Source: Dicyema japonicum (lineage: Eukaryota > Animalia > Dicyemida). Taken from it: DNA of 64,000 nt. Location of the stretch: assembly GCA_011109175.1 (NCBI GenBank), contig RDEW01000015.1, positions 1,142,868-1,206,867 on the forward strand. Reading direction: 5' to 3'. Numbering within the stretch: the stretch's first letter is position 1; every line of letters starts with the position of its first letter. Below the pieces are notes generated by a model. That model was not told where the DNA came from. It did not search any database and saw only the letters and a program-made list of their open reading frames with translations. Below, one piece after another: positions 50,257-62,509 of the stretch. The position numbers and the translations under genes are program-made.

Positions 50257-50608
50257 ATTATTATTTTCATTTTCACGAAAGACATAAAATTTATAACCCC
50301 ACATGTGCAACAAAAGAAACAATTTTGTCACTCTCTTCTATACACCTCAATTAGCTAGGGTTCTTGATTTCAGGCCGTCAGCGGATTTCAATTCTTGTTT
50401 TACGTTTTTCAAGTTCTTTTGTAGGCCGACTGGCCAAGTTATCATTGGCCTTTCACGACAAACAAAGTAGTCTTGACGCAGTGAAGCATTTACTGATGAC
50501 GGCGTCACTTGTCATGCCAATGCGTGAAACCTTCAGCCAGAATATACATAGGCGAGATTAAAATCCGAAGCAATCAGGACTTTGTCCTGCACTTATGACA
50601 CTGCCATC
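50257..50608 (-). mobile_element. SINE copy E: SINE head and core joined to ~200 nt of RTE 3' end
   Basis: Core TGACAAGTGACGCCGTCATCAGT, then R.RP..TWP..LQK.L (RTE C-terminus), then TTGCACATGTGGGGTTATAA...TTTCGTGAA and AATAATAAT. Confidence 0.7.
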
Positions 50609-51399
50609 CCGGCCAGAACTTTACGTAATGAATTTAGTAGTATAAGGGTCGTAAGTATCAAGGAACAACGGGACGTGTTAAATAATTAAAAATAATTAAT
50701 AAAACAACAAAAATAATTTTATTTTAATTATTAATATTACATTCAAAAATCTAAAAAGGAGGGAATCTTAGTAGTAAGGGCGCATTTCAAAGCTTTTATT
50801 ATAATAAATTGTAGAATAAACCAACATTCAAGGTAAAAAAATAAACATGAATAAAAATAATTATTATAATGATTAAAATTTCCCTCAATGCTTTCATTCC
50901 AGTAAATTTCAATACTCAATACAAATTATTTTTTGAAGTACTAAATCTCTTACTCTTAGACCGCCTATGGGCTCATTGTAGAATTCGAGTCAAATCTCCT
51001 TCTAATAACAGAAGTAATCAACAATTCCCTGTCATTTGAGAGCGGAGTTAGGCCGGGCGCCCACGTTGAAAGCATAAACAACATAAAAATCTACAGACAT
51101 AACATCGATAAGACCATCTTCAGTCTATCCCTTCCATCAGTGGTTTGTCCTCATCTTATTTGAGGTCACATTGATTTTAATAAACAACTCATCCCCTCAT
51201 TACACTCAACATTTTAAATCTGGACTGTCTGTCAATCAGACATTCTTCCTTTTTATTTCCCCAAATTCAGAAGTATTATTTTATTTCTAACAGTAAGAAG
51301 GAGCCTGTTTGCTTTTGTCGAGGAATCCAGTCTTCATATTGGTTCAGAATAGTACTTCAGTCCATGAGTGACCTCACTGTGGATTTTGGTGGTAAAAAT

Positions 51400-52700
51400 T
51401 CATCACAGTTTATTATATAATGAAAATCAGCTCATATCTAATTGAAAACGGTAAAGAAGTGCTCGCTTCCTTTCTGACGGTAAAGGATCAGGCTCAAAAT
51501 CAGTATATCTGCGTTTTCGGAGTATCAGTCGAACTGTTTCTGTTATCCTCATTAATAGTCTCTCTGACTTTTCTCAGTTACGGATTCTCCATGGATTATT
51601 GGTTGAATTGATTAAACTAATCTGTGACGACTGGACACGGTTTACGATTGTTATGACCTCCAGCCTCTTCAAGGCCAATTCGACAGTGGTCAGACTGCTG
51701 GACTCTTTCTTGCTCTCAATTATTGGCTTCTGTGAGAACAACTTTGATTTGCTCCTGTTTTTTCTAAATTTCGGTTATTCTGGCCTCCCCCAAAACTCCC
51801 TCTCCTTAGAAAATCTATCCACCAATTTAAGCATCTATTTGACTGAACGTCAGGTGGATCTTTTGGCTAATTTTAAGTCAAAATCTACGACGGAGGAGTT
51901 ATCTCACCAAATTAGGGGATTAGCTGTTCTGTACAAGGTTTTTGGTTTATTTTGAGAAAAGGGGTACTTGGTGTATAACCAACTGGAGAACAGTGTCGCC
52001 AGAACATTGATTTTTGTGGCCATATTTGTGTTACCCTGTTACAAGTTTGATATTCCTTTCCGATTGACGATTTCCACTTATGAACAGTCACATGTGTTGT
52101 ACTATGTGAAGGGATTAGTTTATTGGTTTATTGGTAGGGGGATTTCATATTTATTACTTTATACACGGCCAAGTCTGATGCAACCGGGGATGACGTCTTC
52201 TTTGGTTGTTTGAATGAGGGGCTGACTGAGTTTTTGGAAGGGGAGAGTCGGAGACTGTTGAATGACGAGTTGGAGACATTAATGACTTTAGATTAAAAGT
52301 CCTCACGTTCGATCGTCGTGATTTGATCAGTCCTGTATTTCAAAATAAAGGTTAATGTCTGATTATAATGGTAGAGAAAGAAGGACTCCCCCTGTTTGTG
52401 ATATTCTACAATAAATTAAGACACAACAGTGTGTTATATGTTAATAATGAAATCGAAAACTTTAATATTTGGCACTGTTTTGTGCATCAGGGAATACATT
52501 TGATTAATGCGGAGAAAAGCTACGAGTCGTGTTCGGAAATGAGTATAAGGGAGAGTAATTGGTCCACTGTTCTGTAAGGATTGGTCTTTCATTAGATATT
52601 CACGGGAAAACGCTAGGCTGTTCATTTTCCGCGACGAAAATTCAACTGGGTTTTACCATTTGGACGTGGAGAGACTATTTAATAGACATTCTTTTTGATT
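51400..52700 (-). mobile_element. Possible highly decayed LTR-retrotransposon integrase-like relic
   Basis: Higher GC than genes; EIVNR...W...GYTP fragments loosely resemble an integrase core. Weak. Confidence 0.25.
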
Positions 52701-52761
52701 TATTTGTTATTTTGATTACTAGTCTAATTACAACTACCAATCTGAAAGGATCCCCCTAGGA

Positions 52762-54149
52762 CAGGGGTGGCCAACCTTTTTCGCTCGCGAGCTACTTTTT
52801 ACATAGCAATTTTCTGGCGATCGACGTATACATTTTTTTGTATTTTAATAACATTTTTTTAATATTAGACTTTATTTAACAAAACAGGAGAACAAGAAGC
52901 AAACGCGTCAAAAAGGGGAGAATTTTTATTTTATAATAAAAAATTAAATGCGATTTTAGGCATTGTAGTTATCCTGCAATTATTTCGAATTTTGGAACAT
53001 ATAAGCTTATTGCTATTCTCATGCAATACTTAAGGTGGTCATCTGCTAAATGGGTCCTGTATTGAGATTTTATCATTTTCATGCTCGAAAATGATGTCTC
53101 GGATAATTACGTGCTTCCGAAGCACGAAAGAATTCGTTGATATGCATCAAATAAATTGGGATATTTTTCTGGAGAAATAAATTTCCACGTGTTGACATTT
53201 GAATTTACTTTAAAATGATGTCATTTTTTAGATTTATAATTTCTATTTGAACGTCAAAAATCTTTCTAAATTTTTTATAAACATTTTCGATGTGAGTCTT
53301 CATGAACGGAGAAGGAAAGAAAGTGCATAAAAGAGTAATTTTCTTGAAATCGCCAAATCTGTGATTAAACTCGTTCATTATATTTTTCTAGTACCATAAC
53401 GAATTCTTTTACAAAGATTTTTAACAAGTTGTTTTGTGAATTCTTCTCTTCAATATTAGGAAAATTGATAAAATTTTCTTTATTTTTCAAATCATCGAAT
53501 CAGCAGCTTCCAAAATATGAATTTTAAAATATTTATTTTATTATTTATTTAATAACCCCGAAAGGGAACACCAAGAAAGAAGGAGTAATCCAACTAATTA
53601 AGTGATCCCGGTATGCCTCAACAGGATCGAGAGGTTTTTCCTGTGTTCCTCCAGAGTACCACGGCTTTCCTGAATAATGATTTAAAATATAAACATCAGT
53701 GAAAGGTTTTTTGTGCTTTGTGATAAGGCGAGTCACACGTAATGATGCAATTGTTACATATTTGGACGAATTAATAATTTTTTTCAAACTATATGTTGAG
53801 AAAAAAGATTTTTTAATTGTTCGACTTTCCCTATCGTAAAATAGAATTTAAAGGAAAATCATTATTGAAATCGGGATGTAGTGAATTAAAATGCCTACAA
53901 AGATTTTCTCTTTTAGGTAATGAAATAATTTATTGTATAACATGCATTTTTCCACGTGCATCGTAAAATATAGTCTTTTTCCTTTTGGCATTAAATTTAT
54001 ATAATTCACACTTTTTGCTACATTTCATAACATCGGCGTAAAAAATACTAACTTTAACATTGATAAATATTTTTTATTATAATTTAAGTACAAAAAAATA
54101 ATTTCCAATTTGTATATCAAACGTTAAAAATCAATCGATTGCACCCCTG
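52762..54149 (-). mobile_element. Internally deleted hAT (Buster/Charlie, SPIN/GTF2IRD2-like) DNA transposon
   Basis: TIR CAGGGGTG at both ends; 8-bp TSD CCCTAGGA/TCCTAGGA with central TA; transposase remnants ASLRVTRLITKHKKPFTD and FGST*LSETSFSSMKMIKSQYRTHL.DDHL. Confidence 0.85.
53533..53680 (-). mobile_element. ~140-bp LINE-tail element inserted in the hAT
   Basis: GGGATCACTTAA motif, GGGGTTATTAAATAAAT tail, TSD-like TTTAAAATAT at 53523 and 53681; near-identical to 62510-62645. Confidence 0.75.
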
Positions 54150-54339
54150 TCCTAGGACGACACTCTTGTTGGCCTAACCAACCCAATTTGGTTAAAACTC
54201 TGTTGACCGGCTTCGGAGACGTTGTCGAAACCATTTGTCAATCATACGGGATTTTCTTCGATGTTCGACTTGGAAAGAAACTCTTAACCATGTAAGAGCG
54301 TGCAACCGAACAGTAATGTTAATCCATGACATTGAAAGG

Positions 54340-54515
54340 GTTCTTGACTTCTCGTTTTTTTCTTAATGTTTGTGTGAGAGTTCCAGAAGAACACTGATGA
54401 CGGCGTCACTCGTCAACCCAAAGCATCATAGATGCGTGGAACCTTCAGCCAAATGGACAGCAGCAAGATTCAAACCAGAAACCTCATGATTTTGGTCTGG
54501 CGTAGCTTCTATCAG
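54340..54515 (-). mobile_element. Diverged SINE copy F
   Basis: Core GAAGGTTCCACGCATCTATGATGC...TTGACGAGTGACGCCGTCATCAGTG; degenerate B box GGTTTGAATC. Confidence 0.7.
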
Positions 54516-54949
54516 AATTTTAATTACAATCGCCAGTCTCTCCGATGATTGTCAGAAAATAATTTCCCATCTTAGAGATAAATAGACAATCTGTCTTTGA
54601 CCCGTATTGGACCTTGGTTTTTCATTCTTCGGGTTCATATGTTCTCGCTGTTCTCGTAGTGTATCCAGTTTTTTTTCTAGTTGGATCCGAATACCTTCTT
54701 GGGATTTATCTGTTCATCTTTTTCCCAAACAAGTTACCAAAAATTCTGATTATTTCGATAAACTTTAGTGCATTGATTTCCAGCTATTTTTCCATATTTT
54801 AGATACCTCCATCAAAAATTCAAAAATTTCTTAACGGATTTTATGTCCCTACATCGTCTCAACTTGCATTTAGTTTCAATTTTTTAGTTTTGTATTCATT
54901 TTTTCAAAATAGAACTTTTTGCATAATTCTCCAAGTAGTTAATTTTAAT

Positions 54950-55790
54950 TTCATTAACCCAGGAATCACAAAAGTTATAGTCTAAGATAAGTGACCCCGG
55001 TGTCCGTAACAGGCTTTCTCCTGCGGTTAGTTTAGGAGTCCTGTATTATTATGATTATTATTATTAAAAAGCACTCCCGAGAAAACATAAAATTAGTTAA
55101 GTTTTCCTTGTTGCCGTATTCCGAATTATCCTCCCAGTCAGCTCCGACAATGATCTTCCGTTGCGCGCTAGTTCTCTAGGTAGTCCAGGTGTCCGCCATT
55201 TCCATTATAATGTCAGATGCTGCTCACACTATTGTAACACAGCGAATCAGATCTGATGGACTGAAAATCCGAAACCATAATGTCGGCAGACCAGTGGGAG
55301 GGTAAAAAGGTGGAATCTGCCAAACACTTCTGTTCATTGTACGGTCCTTTTTGTCTGTTGTAGACAGCAGACAGAGATGTCATATTTTGTTAGATCGCAT
55401 CCTAGTTGGTGTATCTTTTAAGGTTGTTTAAGTTTTCTGCAATTAAAAGATCCGGAGTGAACGGAGAAGTCGGTAAGGAATAAGAATAAGACATAGTGCA
55501 ATAGAGGCGTCGTCACCACCTCAACCGAAAATCCTGGATTACTTTTCACAAAAGGGAAGGTTTCTTTTCGTATTTCGGTTGGCGTCCAGATATAGATTTA
55601 TGTCTGGCCAGAGGGGATGGTCAATTAAAATATTCCTAATGGTTTTATCCATGTCAGGCATTAGGAGTCTCCTTAGTAAGGTGAATCCAATGACGCCATC
55701 AGAGGGGAAGAAGAGTATATTTAAACCAATTAACCACATTGCACCACATGGCGCACGCGGCTTGCCGGTTGAGATAATCAACACAGAGCT
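54950..55790 (-). mobile_element. Internally deleted LINE-like relic with shared 5' head and LINE-type tail
   Basis: 5' hairpin head (55760-55720), APE-like remnants (FYPP, IIVGAD), 3' GGGGTCACTTA and CCTGGGTTAAT. Confidence 0.45.
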
Positions 55791-56999
55791 TGTAGTTTTC
55801 ATCTTTTGAACATTAAACAAGTTTTCCGAGATATATTTCCAGTTTATATTATTCACATTGTAGTCAATAAATACTAAGCGGTTAAAGACGGATCCCGCAC
55901 ACAACTCAATATTTTGATGGAGATGACTACAACCACACAGGCTAAGTCACATAATCAATATGCGTAGTGAATAATCCAAACCCCGGTATCTCATTGAAAA
56001 ATGACTTATTATAAATTTCAAATTTTTGATTAACAATATTCAATGGTCATTTCACATCTTGACTTAATGCAGCCATAGTATGCCTTATAATTAGAATTGG
56101 ATTAACATTATTCGTATTGAAGTCGTTGATAATCAATGGATAATGTCTTTTAAGTAGATTCTTTCGACCGTTATCCAGCCAATTGTTATTTCATCTGAAC
56201 TTTACTACCAAAAAGTGTAAAGAGGGAAAGTTTGTTGGGCTTTTTGCAACAAGTCCTATCGTACCTTGGACTCTCTTCCGTTTTACTCAGCATATTTAAA
56301 AACCTCTAGAAAACAATTATTTTGAAGTAGAGCTAATTAGGTCGATTGGACGGTAGCATCCGTACAATAGTTTTTTCACTTCATGTATTTCTTGACCCCG
56401 GGTGACGAGAGAAAAAAAACATGTCCAATTTTTAGACTTGCGTTGAACATGTTCCTGAGTACTTTTGGTAGTACTTCTGGGCTTTTTTGAACACCTTGAT
56501 TTTGATATAATCATAGGATCTATCAGGTCTCTTAAGCACAATCTTGTTTGCGATTAACTCCGCATTCTTCACTCACAAGATATATTTCCTAGAATGAAGA
56601 TTGCGTTTATTTTGTATTCGCAGTCAAGAACTCAACTTGCTCTCATTCCAATCTTTATTGCGCTCCAGCAATTGCTTTGCAGATCACTTATTGTGTATGC
56701 GCAGGGATCCTGTAGATCTATGTATTCTCTTAGTTTAGTCTTTAGATTATTTCTTTTCATCACAATCTTCTTGAGGTGCCATGAAATTGAGACAACATCA
56801 TCGTTATTGAGTATATTTTTTCTGTCGAAGCTTTCCAGGTAAGTTGGGTTAGTAAGCTGCTTTTGAGTCTCAGAATAAAAATGTTGAAGTTTAATGGCAG
56901 AATGAATGACACTTCACCTAAATGACACAAGAGACCATACTTCCCGTACGTCTCTTCCCACTAATCTGTGAGAAAGCAAATAAGAGGAAATTGTGTATT

Positions 57000-59400
57000 C
57001 AATGTTCCCGTTGCCCTAATTTCACACTTCGGAATAAAAGCTAACAAGAAGGACTGCACAGTCTCTGCCAAATTGGTCATGTTCTTCATTCCTTGGGAAT
57101 TACAGTCAGCAGAGAGAGTCATCTTCTGGATCTATCCTTGACTCTATCTAACCCAAGTGAATGTCTACGCCGCTTGTAATCAACTCGTGTCGGAGAGGGT
57201 CAGCCATCTTAAGATCGCAAGATCGACGCGTCTAACAGCTAACTCCTGTCTTTCAAAGCTAATCGAAAACAATACTCAAGATGCCTGGATCTGCCTTCGC
57301 TGCTTTGAACCTCCTCTCCTCAGTTCATATCAAACATAACTGAAGGAAAGGAACCACAAATCAATCATCAAGAGAAATGCCTTTAAAAATGATACTGTTA
57401 ACTTGGCGACTGCATTTGGAAATCTTTCGATCGCTGATTAATCGCTCTCGTCATCCGGGTAAGGAAAGACAAGACGATCATGGTCGGAGACATTCGGGAA
57501 ACGTTGCGTACAATTTCCAGCGACGGTAAGGTTCTTTGTTAACAAAAGAAACCCTCAAACAGATCTTCCAAAAACACCCACACGCCCCAGTAGATCTGGG
57601 TGAGACTAAAATTGGGATGGACATTCCACATTTGAAAATCACCACAGGTGATATACGATCTGCTATTTAATCATTCTCAGGAAGCAGTAGTGCTGGCTTG
57701 AACGGCCTACGTACGAACTATATTAAGGACCTTTATTACGTCTAGTGATATGAAGAACACCCAAATAAATTTAACCACAATTTTTACTGACCACATTCTT
57801 CGTGCACAGATTTTCTATTATGTCGCGAACTCCTTTTTGCATCAAAATTAATTGTCTTAAAAAATCTTGTAATGTGTTAAGATACATCGCTATAGCCAAT
57901 GTACTTAAACTCCTGATATCGAAGATTACTGCCAGGGCAGTCTGTACAATTTTAAGTCCCAAACTGAGTTGAATTGGGATTCCTTATGGATGTGAAGCGG
58001 TAATTCATTCAATCTGAAATTTCATTTAGAGACTGGGGGACATTCAGAATTCAACAATAGTTAAACTCAATGCTTTCAATAGCATTTGCAGAGATGGAAT
58101 CATAGTGACGAGTGTTTTCAGGATCCGGAAATCAGCAGGATTGTAATCTCCTCATATAGTTCTCCACGCACGCTGATATTTTATCAACAAACCCTTGGAT
58201 CCAAAACTGGAGTCCAACATGGCGATCCCCTTGACCCATACTCATCGTCTTTATTATCGATTTTACTGTTTTACCGATCAGAGCTCAAATTAATTTATTG
58301 CATCTGGATGATGCGACTATTGGAGGGAACTAAGAAATTGTGGTGGCAGAGGTTAAGTCCGCCATTTCTGCTCTCGCAGAACTTGGACTGGAACCGAATC
58401 CGTCCAAATGTGAAGCCTTTAACATTGCTTGCACATATGATGACTTTAGCCAAGCGCTGGCTATGATTTCGACTTACCTCCAAAATTTATAAGTCACCGA
58501 AATCGAAAACGCAATTTTCCTCGACTTTCTTCTATATGACAAGAAAATGTCAACTCAGTTACAAGGGAAATATGCGTCTTTCCAGCTATTCTCGTCTGAC
58601 CTAACAACTCTTTATTATCACAGGTGCTATTTTTCCTCATAAATTTCCATCTCACGTCTCGTCTCCTTTTTTACGGGAAGCCCACTGTTTCACGGATATG
58701 AGTCTCCTAAAAATCGAGAAACTAATGACTGCCGTAAAAGAAACACTTCAAATTTATTTGATATAACTGCCTAGATACAGTGTAAATTACCCCTTCGCTG
58801 TTGAGGAATTGGGATCGCTCAACAATTGAACTTGTCATCCAGATTTTCTTATCTTCGATCAACGCAAGTCCCATGCGTCAGATCCTACTCCACATAAACG
58901 GATCGCAAGCTGAACAGAACGCTCATAAACAATGAGACTGGGATAAAATATTATGCTCCAAAACTATTGGCTGAATGAAACTGGAATTTGACCAGCATCT
59001 TCTGGCATGCCTAGCTTCTACATCGACGAACAAAAGTGGTAATGTCTCAGAGCCTTCCCATGCACCTCCCTTCGGACATTATTGGATGACGACGCCACGA
59101 GAATGTGGATTTGCGTCCGCCTCGGAGTGGATATTTACTTTATTCATTGCTTTAGATATGGAAGGATAGTTTTTGCTAAGTTCTTCACGCTCTTTCCTGC
59201 CAGAGGAGTGCTGGAAGGACTCCAAGGCACGGAGGCATCAACGGAGTTATTACTTGAGTCTCCAGCATCTGCCATCAAGAAGACATCCACGATCACGTCG
59301 CCAATGATTCCGAAATCAAACGCATTACTTGAGGGTTTTACTGCGAATGGCTATCTGAAGAGTGCTGTTTTTATTTACCTAACTTTTTTCAAGTGAAACC
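57000..59400 (+). mobile_element. Decayed CRE-like non-LTR element (RT region)
   Basis: GLRPIR, GIPYGCEAVIH, GVQHGDPL, YLDDAT-like, DDDATRMWICVRLG and C.K..RR.HQ remnants across frames. Confidence 0.65.
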
Positions 59401-59754
59401 GGTGGCTAACAGGAAAGTAACTAGAAAAATCGGAGACTTCCAAACTTATTTATTTAGAATTGACAAGAAAGACAAAAATCAGAGAGAGAAAAACAGAAAA
59501 AAACGGAATCACTGAGAAAGACAAAAAAAACGTCAGAAAATCAGGTAATCCCAGTCAAACGAGCCATCAAACGTATTTATTCTCCCATTTTTCCCACTAA
59601 CGTGCGAAAGAGCCTTCTTTCATCCCTGCAGAGAAATCCGATTAGGAGGGGAACTTTCTAACCAATCGACTTCCAAATTGATTACGATTATCTGAAAATA
59701 ATCAGAAATATAATCAAAAATAACGTTTTTTATATGATTAAAATAATTGATTGC

Positions 59755-60527
59755 ATGGATTATTCTAATTTAAACGGAGATGGAGTAATCAAAGAGCTAT
59801 TCAAGTCATTTGTCCGATTATTGATTATTGTGTTAGTAATTATGACATTACCAATCTCTCTATTTTTTATCATTTATGTAAGTTATGGTAAATTACTTAG
59901 AATGTGATGGAATACGAGTCAGCAGTCAAGTTTACCTTTGGAAGAGTAAATACCAAGTTTTGTGAATCAGGTTTGTAATTTTTGAGATATTAAGGGATGC
60001 ACATAGTTCTTCCTTTTATTGAAACAATTAAAATCTTCAGTCTGAGAACTAAAGATGATATTTACAGATTTAAAGGAGTTTTGTTTGTATTGATTAAGAT
60101 TATGACCAAAGACGTGGTTTTAATTGACGTTGAAATACTTATTTTATATTGCATACAAAATCCTCAAAATTTAATCCTTAAAATTGATGACATTAACAAG
60201 ACGAGACATAATGTTATGGAATCCTCCGTTAAAGAGGTTATGGGACATTACAAGATTTCACAGATTTTATATTGCAGAGAATTAATAAATAACCAAATTT
60301 TAGTAAATAAATAACTGATTTAAGGAACAATTCAATAATATCGTAAAACAATGGGGGTTGTACTTGGATATTGTAATAATGTTGATTTTTTATATCCTAC
60401 ATTTTAGAAAGATGTCAAATTCTCTAACGAAATCAGAGAAATTATTTTAAAAGAGAATAAATTTTACAGCATGGAAGAAGTAAGTTTATTTTGACTTTAG
60501 GAATCGACTATAACGGAAGTCGAATAA
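59755..60527 (+). CDS. Divergent stomatin/SPFH (band 7) family protein, about 7 exons
   Basis: TLPISLFFIIY|NVMEYESAVKFTFGRV...G|MHIVLPFIETI..SLRT...|IMTKD.V.IDV...CIQNP...SQIL.CRE.I...QWG...|KDVK follows the stomatin order; introns of 21-27 nt; the last exons need +1 nt near 60445. Confidence 0.8.
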
Positions 60528-61015
60528 TAATTATGTTTGGTTATTCTGTTTTGAAAAATGTATTTTTTTCTTTGAGTACAGGGGTTTAATCTAAAGTTAA
60601 GATAGTTCAATGAGCCACGTCGACAAGTCACAGATTATCCGATTATCTTTTATTATTTATTATCCCTAGGCTTACAATCTTTGGTAAACCCAGGACAATG
60701 TCATTACTAATTGATTAAGGAAAGAAGCCAAGGAAGATCATCTGCTTGTGCTGACCAAATCTATTCTCCAATAGTACATTACATGCTTCCGCTTCAGAGG
60801 AGAAATGGAGAAGTAGTCTTCCATTTTCATCACACGTCCTACCGTAGCGGACATCACTTCATTATTCAGAGGAAGAGTTTTCATAATGTAACGTTCAAAA
60901 GAGGATTTAGTCAGGTTGAAGATTGTCTTTTATTACTTAATTTTTATAATATAAGGTTAAACGATTGTTATTTGATTAAATTATTATTGACCCTTTGAGC
61001 AAGTTAATATTACTA

Positions 61016-61150
61016 CAGTAGGACCCCGCCCAATAGAAAAGTGCCCCAAATATAGAGGGTGCCCCAAATATAGAGAGTATACTAAATTATTACATTTTTA
61101 ACCTCTCTATTCGTATTTTTAAACACATTTTTAACCTCTCTATTCGTATT
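61016..61150 (+). repeat. Possible pogo/Tc1-mariner left end with subterminal direct repeats
   Basis: TA|CAGTAGGACCCCG start; GTGCCCCAAATATAGAG x2 and ACATTTTTAACCTCTCTATTCGTATTT x2; no matching right end found. Confidence 0.4.
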
Positions 61151-61169
61151 TGTACCATCAAACTGCCAT

Positions 61170-61800
61170 CACTATGAAATGAGTTTTGCAGTACATCTAT
61201 CAATTAGGGATTGGTTATTCAAAGTATGGAGAGTTAATTACCGAATCGCTGTTGCATATGAGAAATCGATTATGTCAATCATTAATGTGTATCTTTCCAC
61301 ATAGGAAGATTAATCACTCCAATAGATGAGCTTGATGATTTTTATTAGAGTCTATCTGAAATATAATCTCAACTCTGAAGACTAATTTTTGTTTGAGGAG
61401 AATGGAATTCCAAAGCAGTAATTAAACATTAATGAGAACTGTATTGGAAACTATAGAAGGAATTATCCCAACTCATCTGGAAACTGTCCGGTGACTTCTG
61501 TATTGTCTACGATTTGCTTATATGCAGCACAACCTGTCAGCATGCTGACAGACGCAAGACCACACGGATTGGTTTGCAGAAAAATATAAAAAAATAAGAG
61601 AAAACAAATATTTTTTAACGAAATCGACAATATTCAAACAGATGTTCAAATGGCTACTAATGGACTCCCGTTCATATGGAAGAACATTGATGAATAGTGA
61701 TCATAAGATCGTAGTTAGTAGGTTAAGACTCCGAAGGCTTATGTATATCCTATACGAACCGTGCTAAATTATAAAGGACACAGAAAATTTCTGCTGAAGA
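61170..61800 (+). mobile_element. RTE-type AP endonuclease relic
   Basis: SIINVYL.T...DELDDFY..L and G..NSK remnants paralleling the 23400-23560 RTE APE. Confidence 0.55.
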
Positions 61801-62019
61801 ACTGGAAAATAATGCTATATTATTATTGATTATCCTGATTCTCAACTTTGTTCTCAACTCAAAGAGAATCAGGGATTCTCAACTTTGTTCTCAGAGCAGA
61901 GAGATGGGAGAATATTATGTGGATCATCACTCGACATTAAAGGATGGAGCGATTATTTATATTATATTTTTTATTAAAATTTACATTTTTTTATATATTT
62001 TTAGGCCATTAATATAGAT

Positions 62020-62280
62020 TTATTATCACATACCAGACATTCGTCAATCTGCAAGGAAAAACAGTTTTTTAAGTATATTTTTTAAGGAATCTTCAACGCT
62101 TTCAGCCATTTCGTCAGATCGGCGACGAATCGTATCATTACTTAAAGGTAAATTCTAGGAACATCAAAATAAAAAATATTTAAACAATAATACCATGTAC
62201 CAATTTTTTTTCCATGCCACCATTCGAGTATTTTTCATGTACCAAAAATGGTGCACATGCACCACGGTTGAGAATCACAG
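62020..62280 (-). mobile_element. Buster-type hAT left end with transposase remnant
   Basis: Terminus CTGTGATTCTCAACCGTGGTGCATGTGCACC; LSNDTIRRRSDEMAESVED and FSLQIDE motifs of Buster/ZBED5-type transposases. Confidence 0.7.
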
Positions 62281-62509
62281 ATATACAATACACTTATAGT
62301 TACAATTTTAGCATATAATGCCATTAACTGAGGGATATCCAGAATTGAACTGTCAAAATGTGCACGTACCATCAATGGTAAAAGATATCTGTTATTGGGG
62401 ATCAATGAGCTCAAGGAAATAATTATATTTTTTTTGGGTCAAAAAATTATGAGATTTTGAAATTGATTTTTAATGAAACTTTTATTCAAAAAATAATTAA
62501 GTTTTCTAT

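Noticed and set aside
61041-61150. Short direct repeats as a CRISPR-like array
   Set aside because: Only two copies of each of two different units, no spacer periodicity, eukaryotic context.
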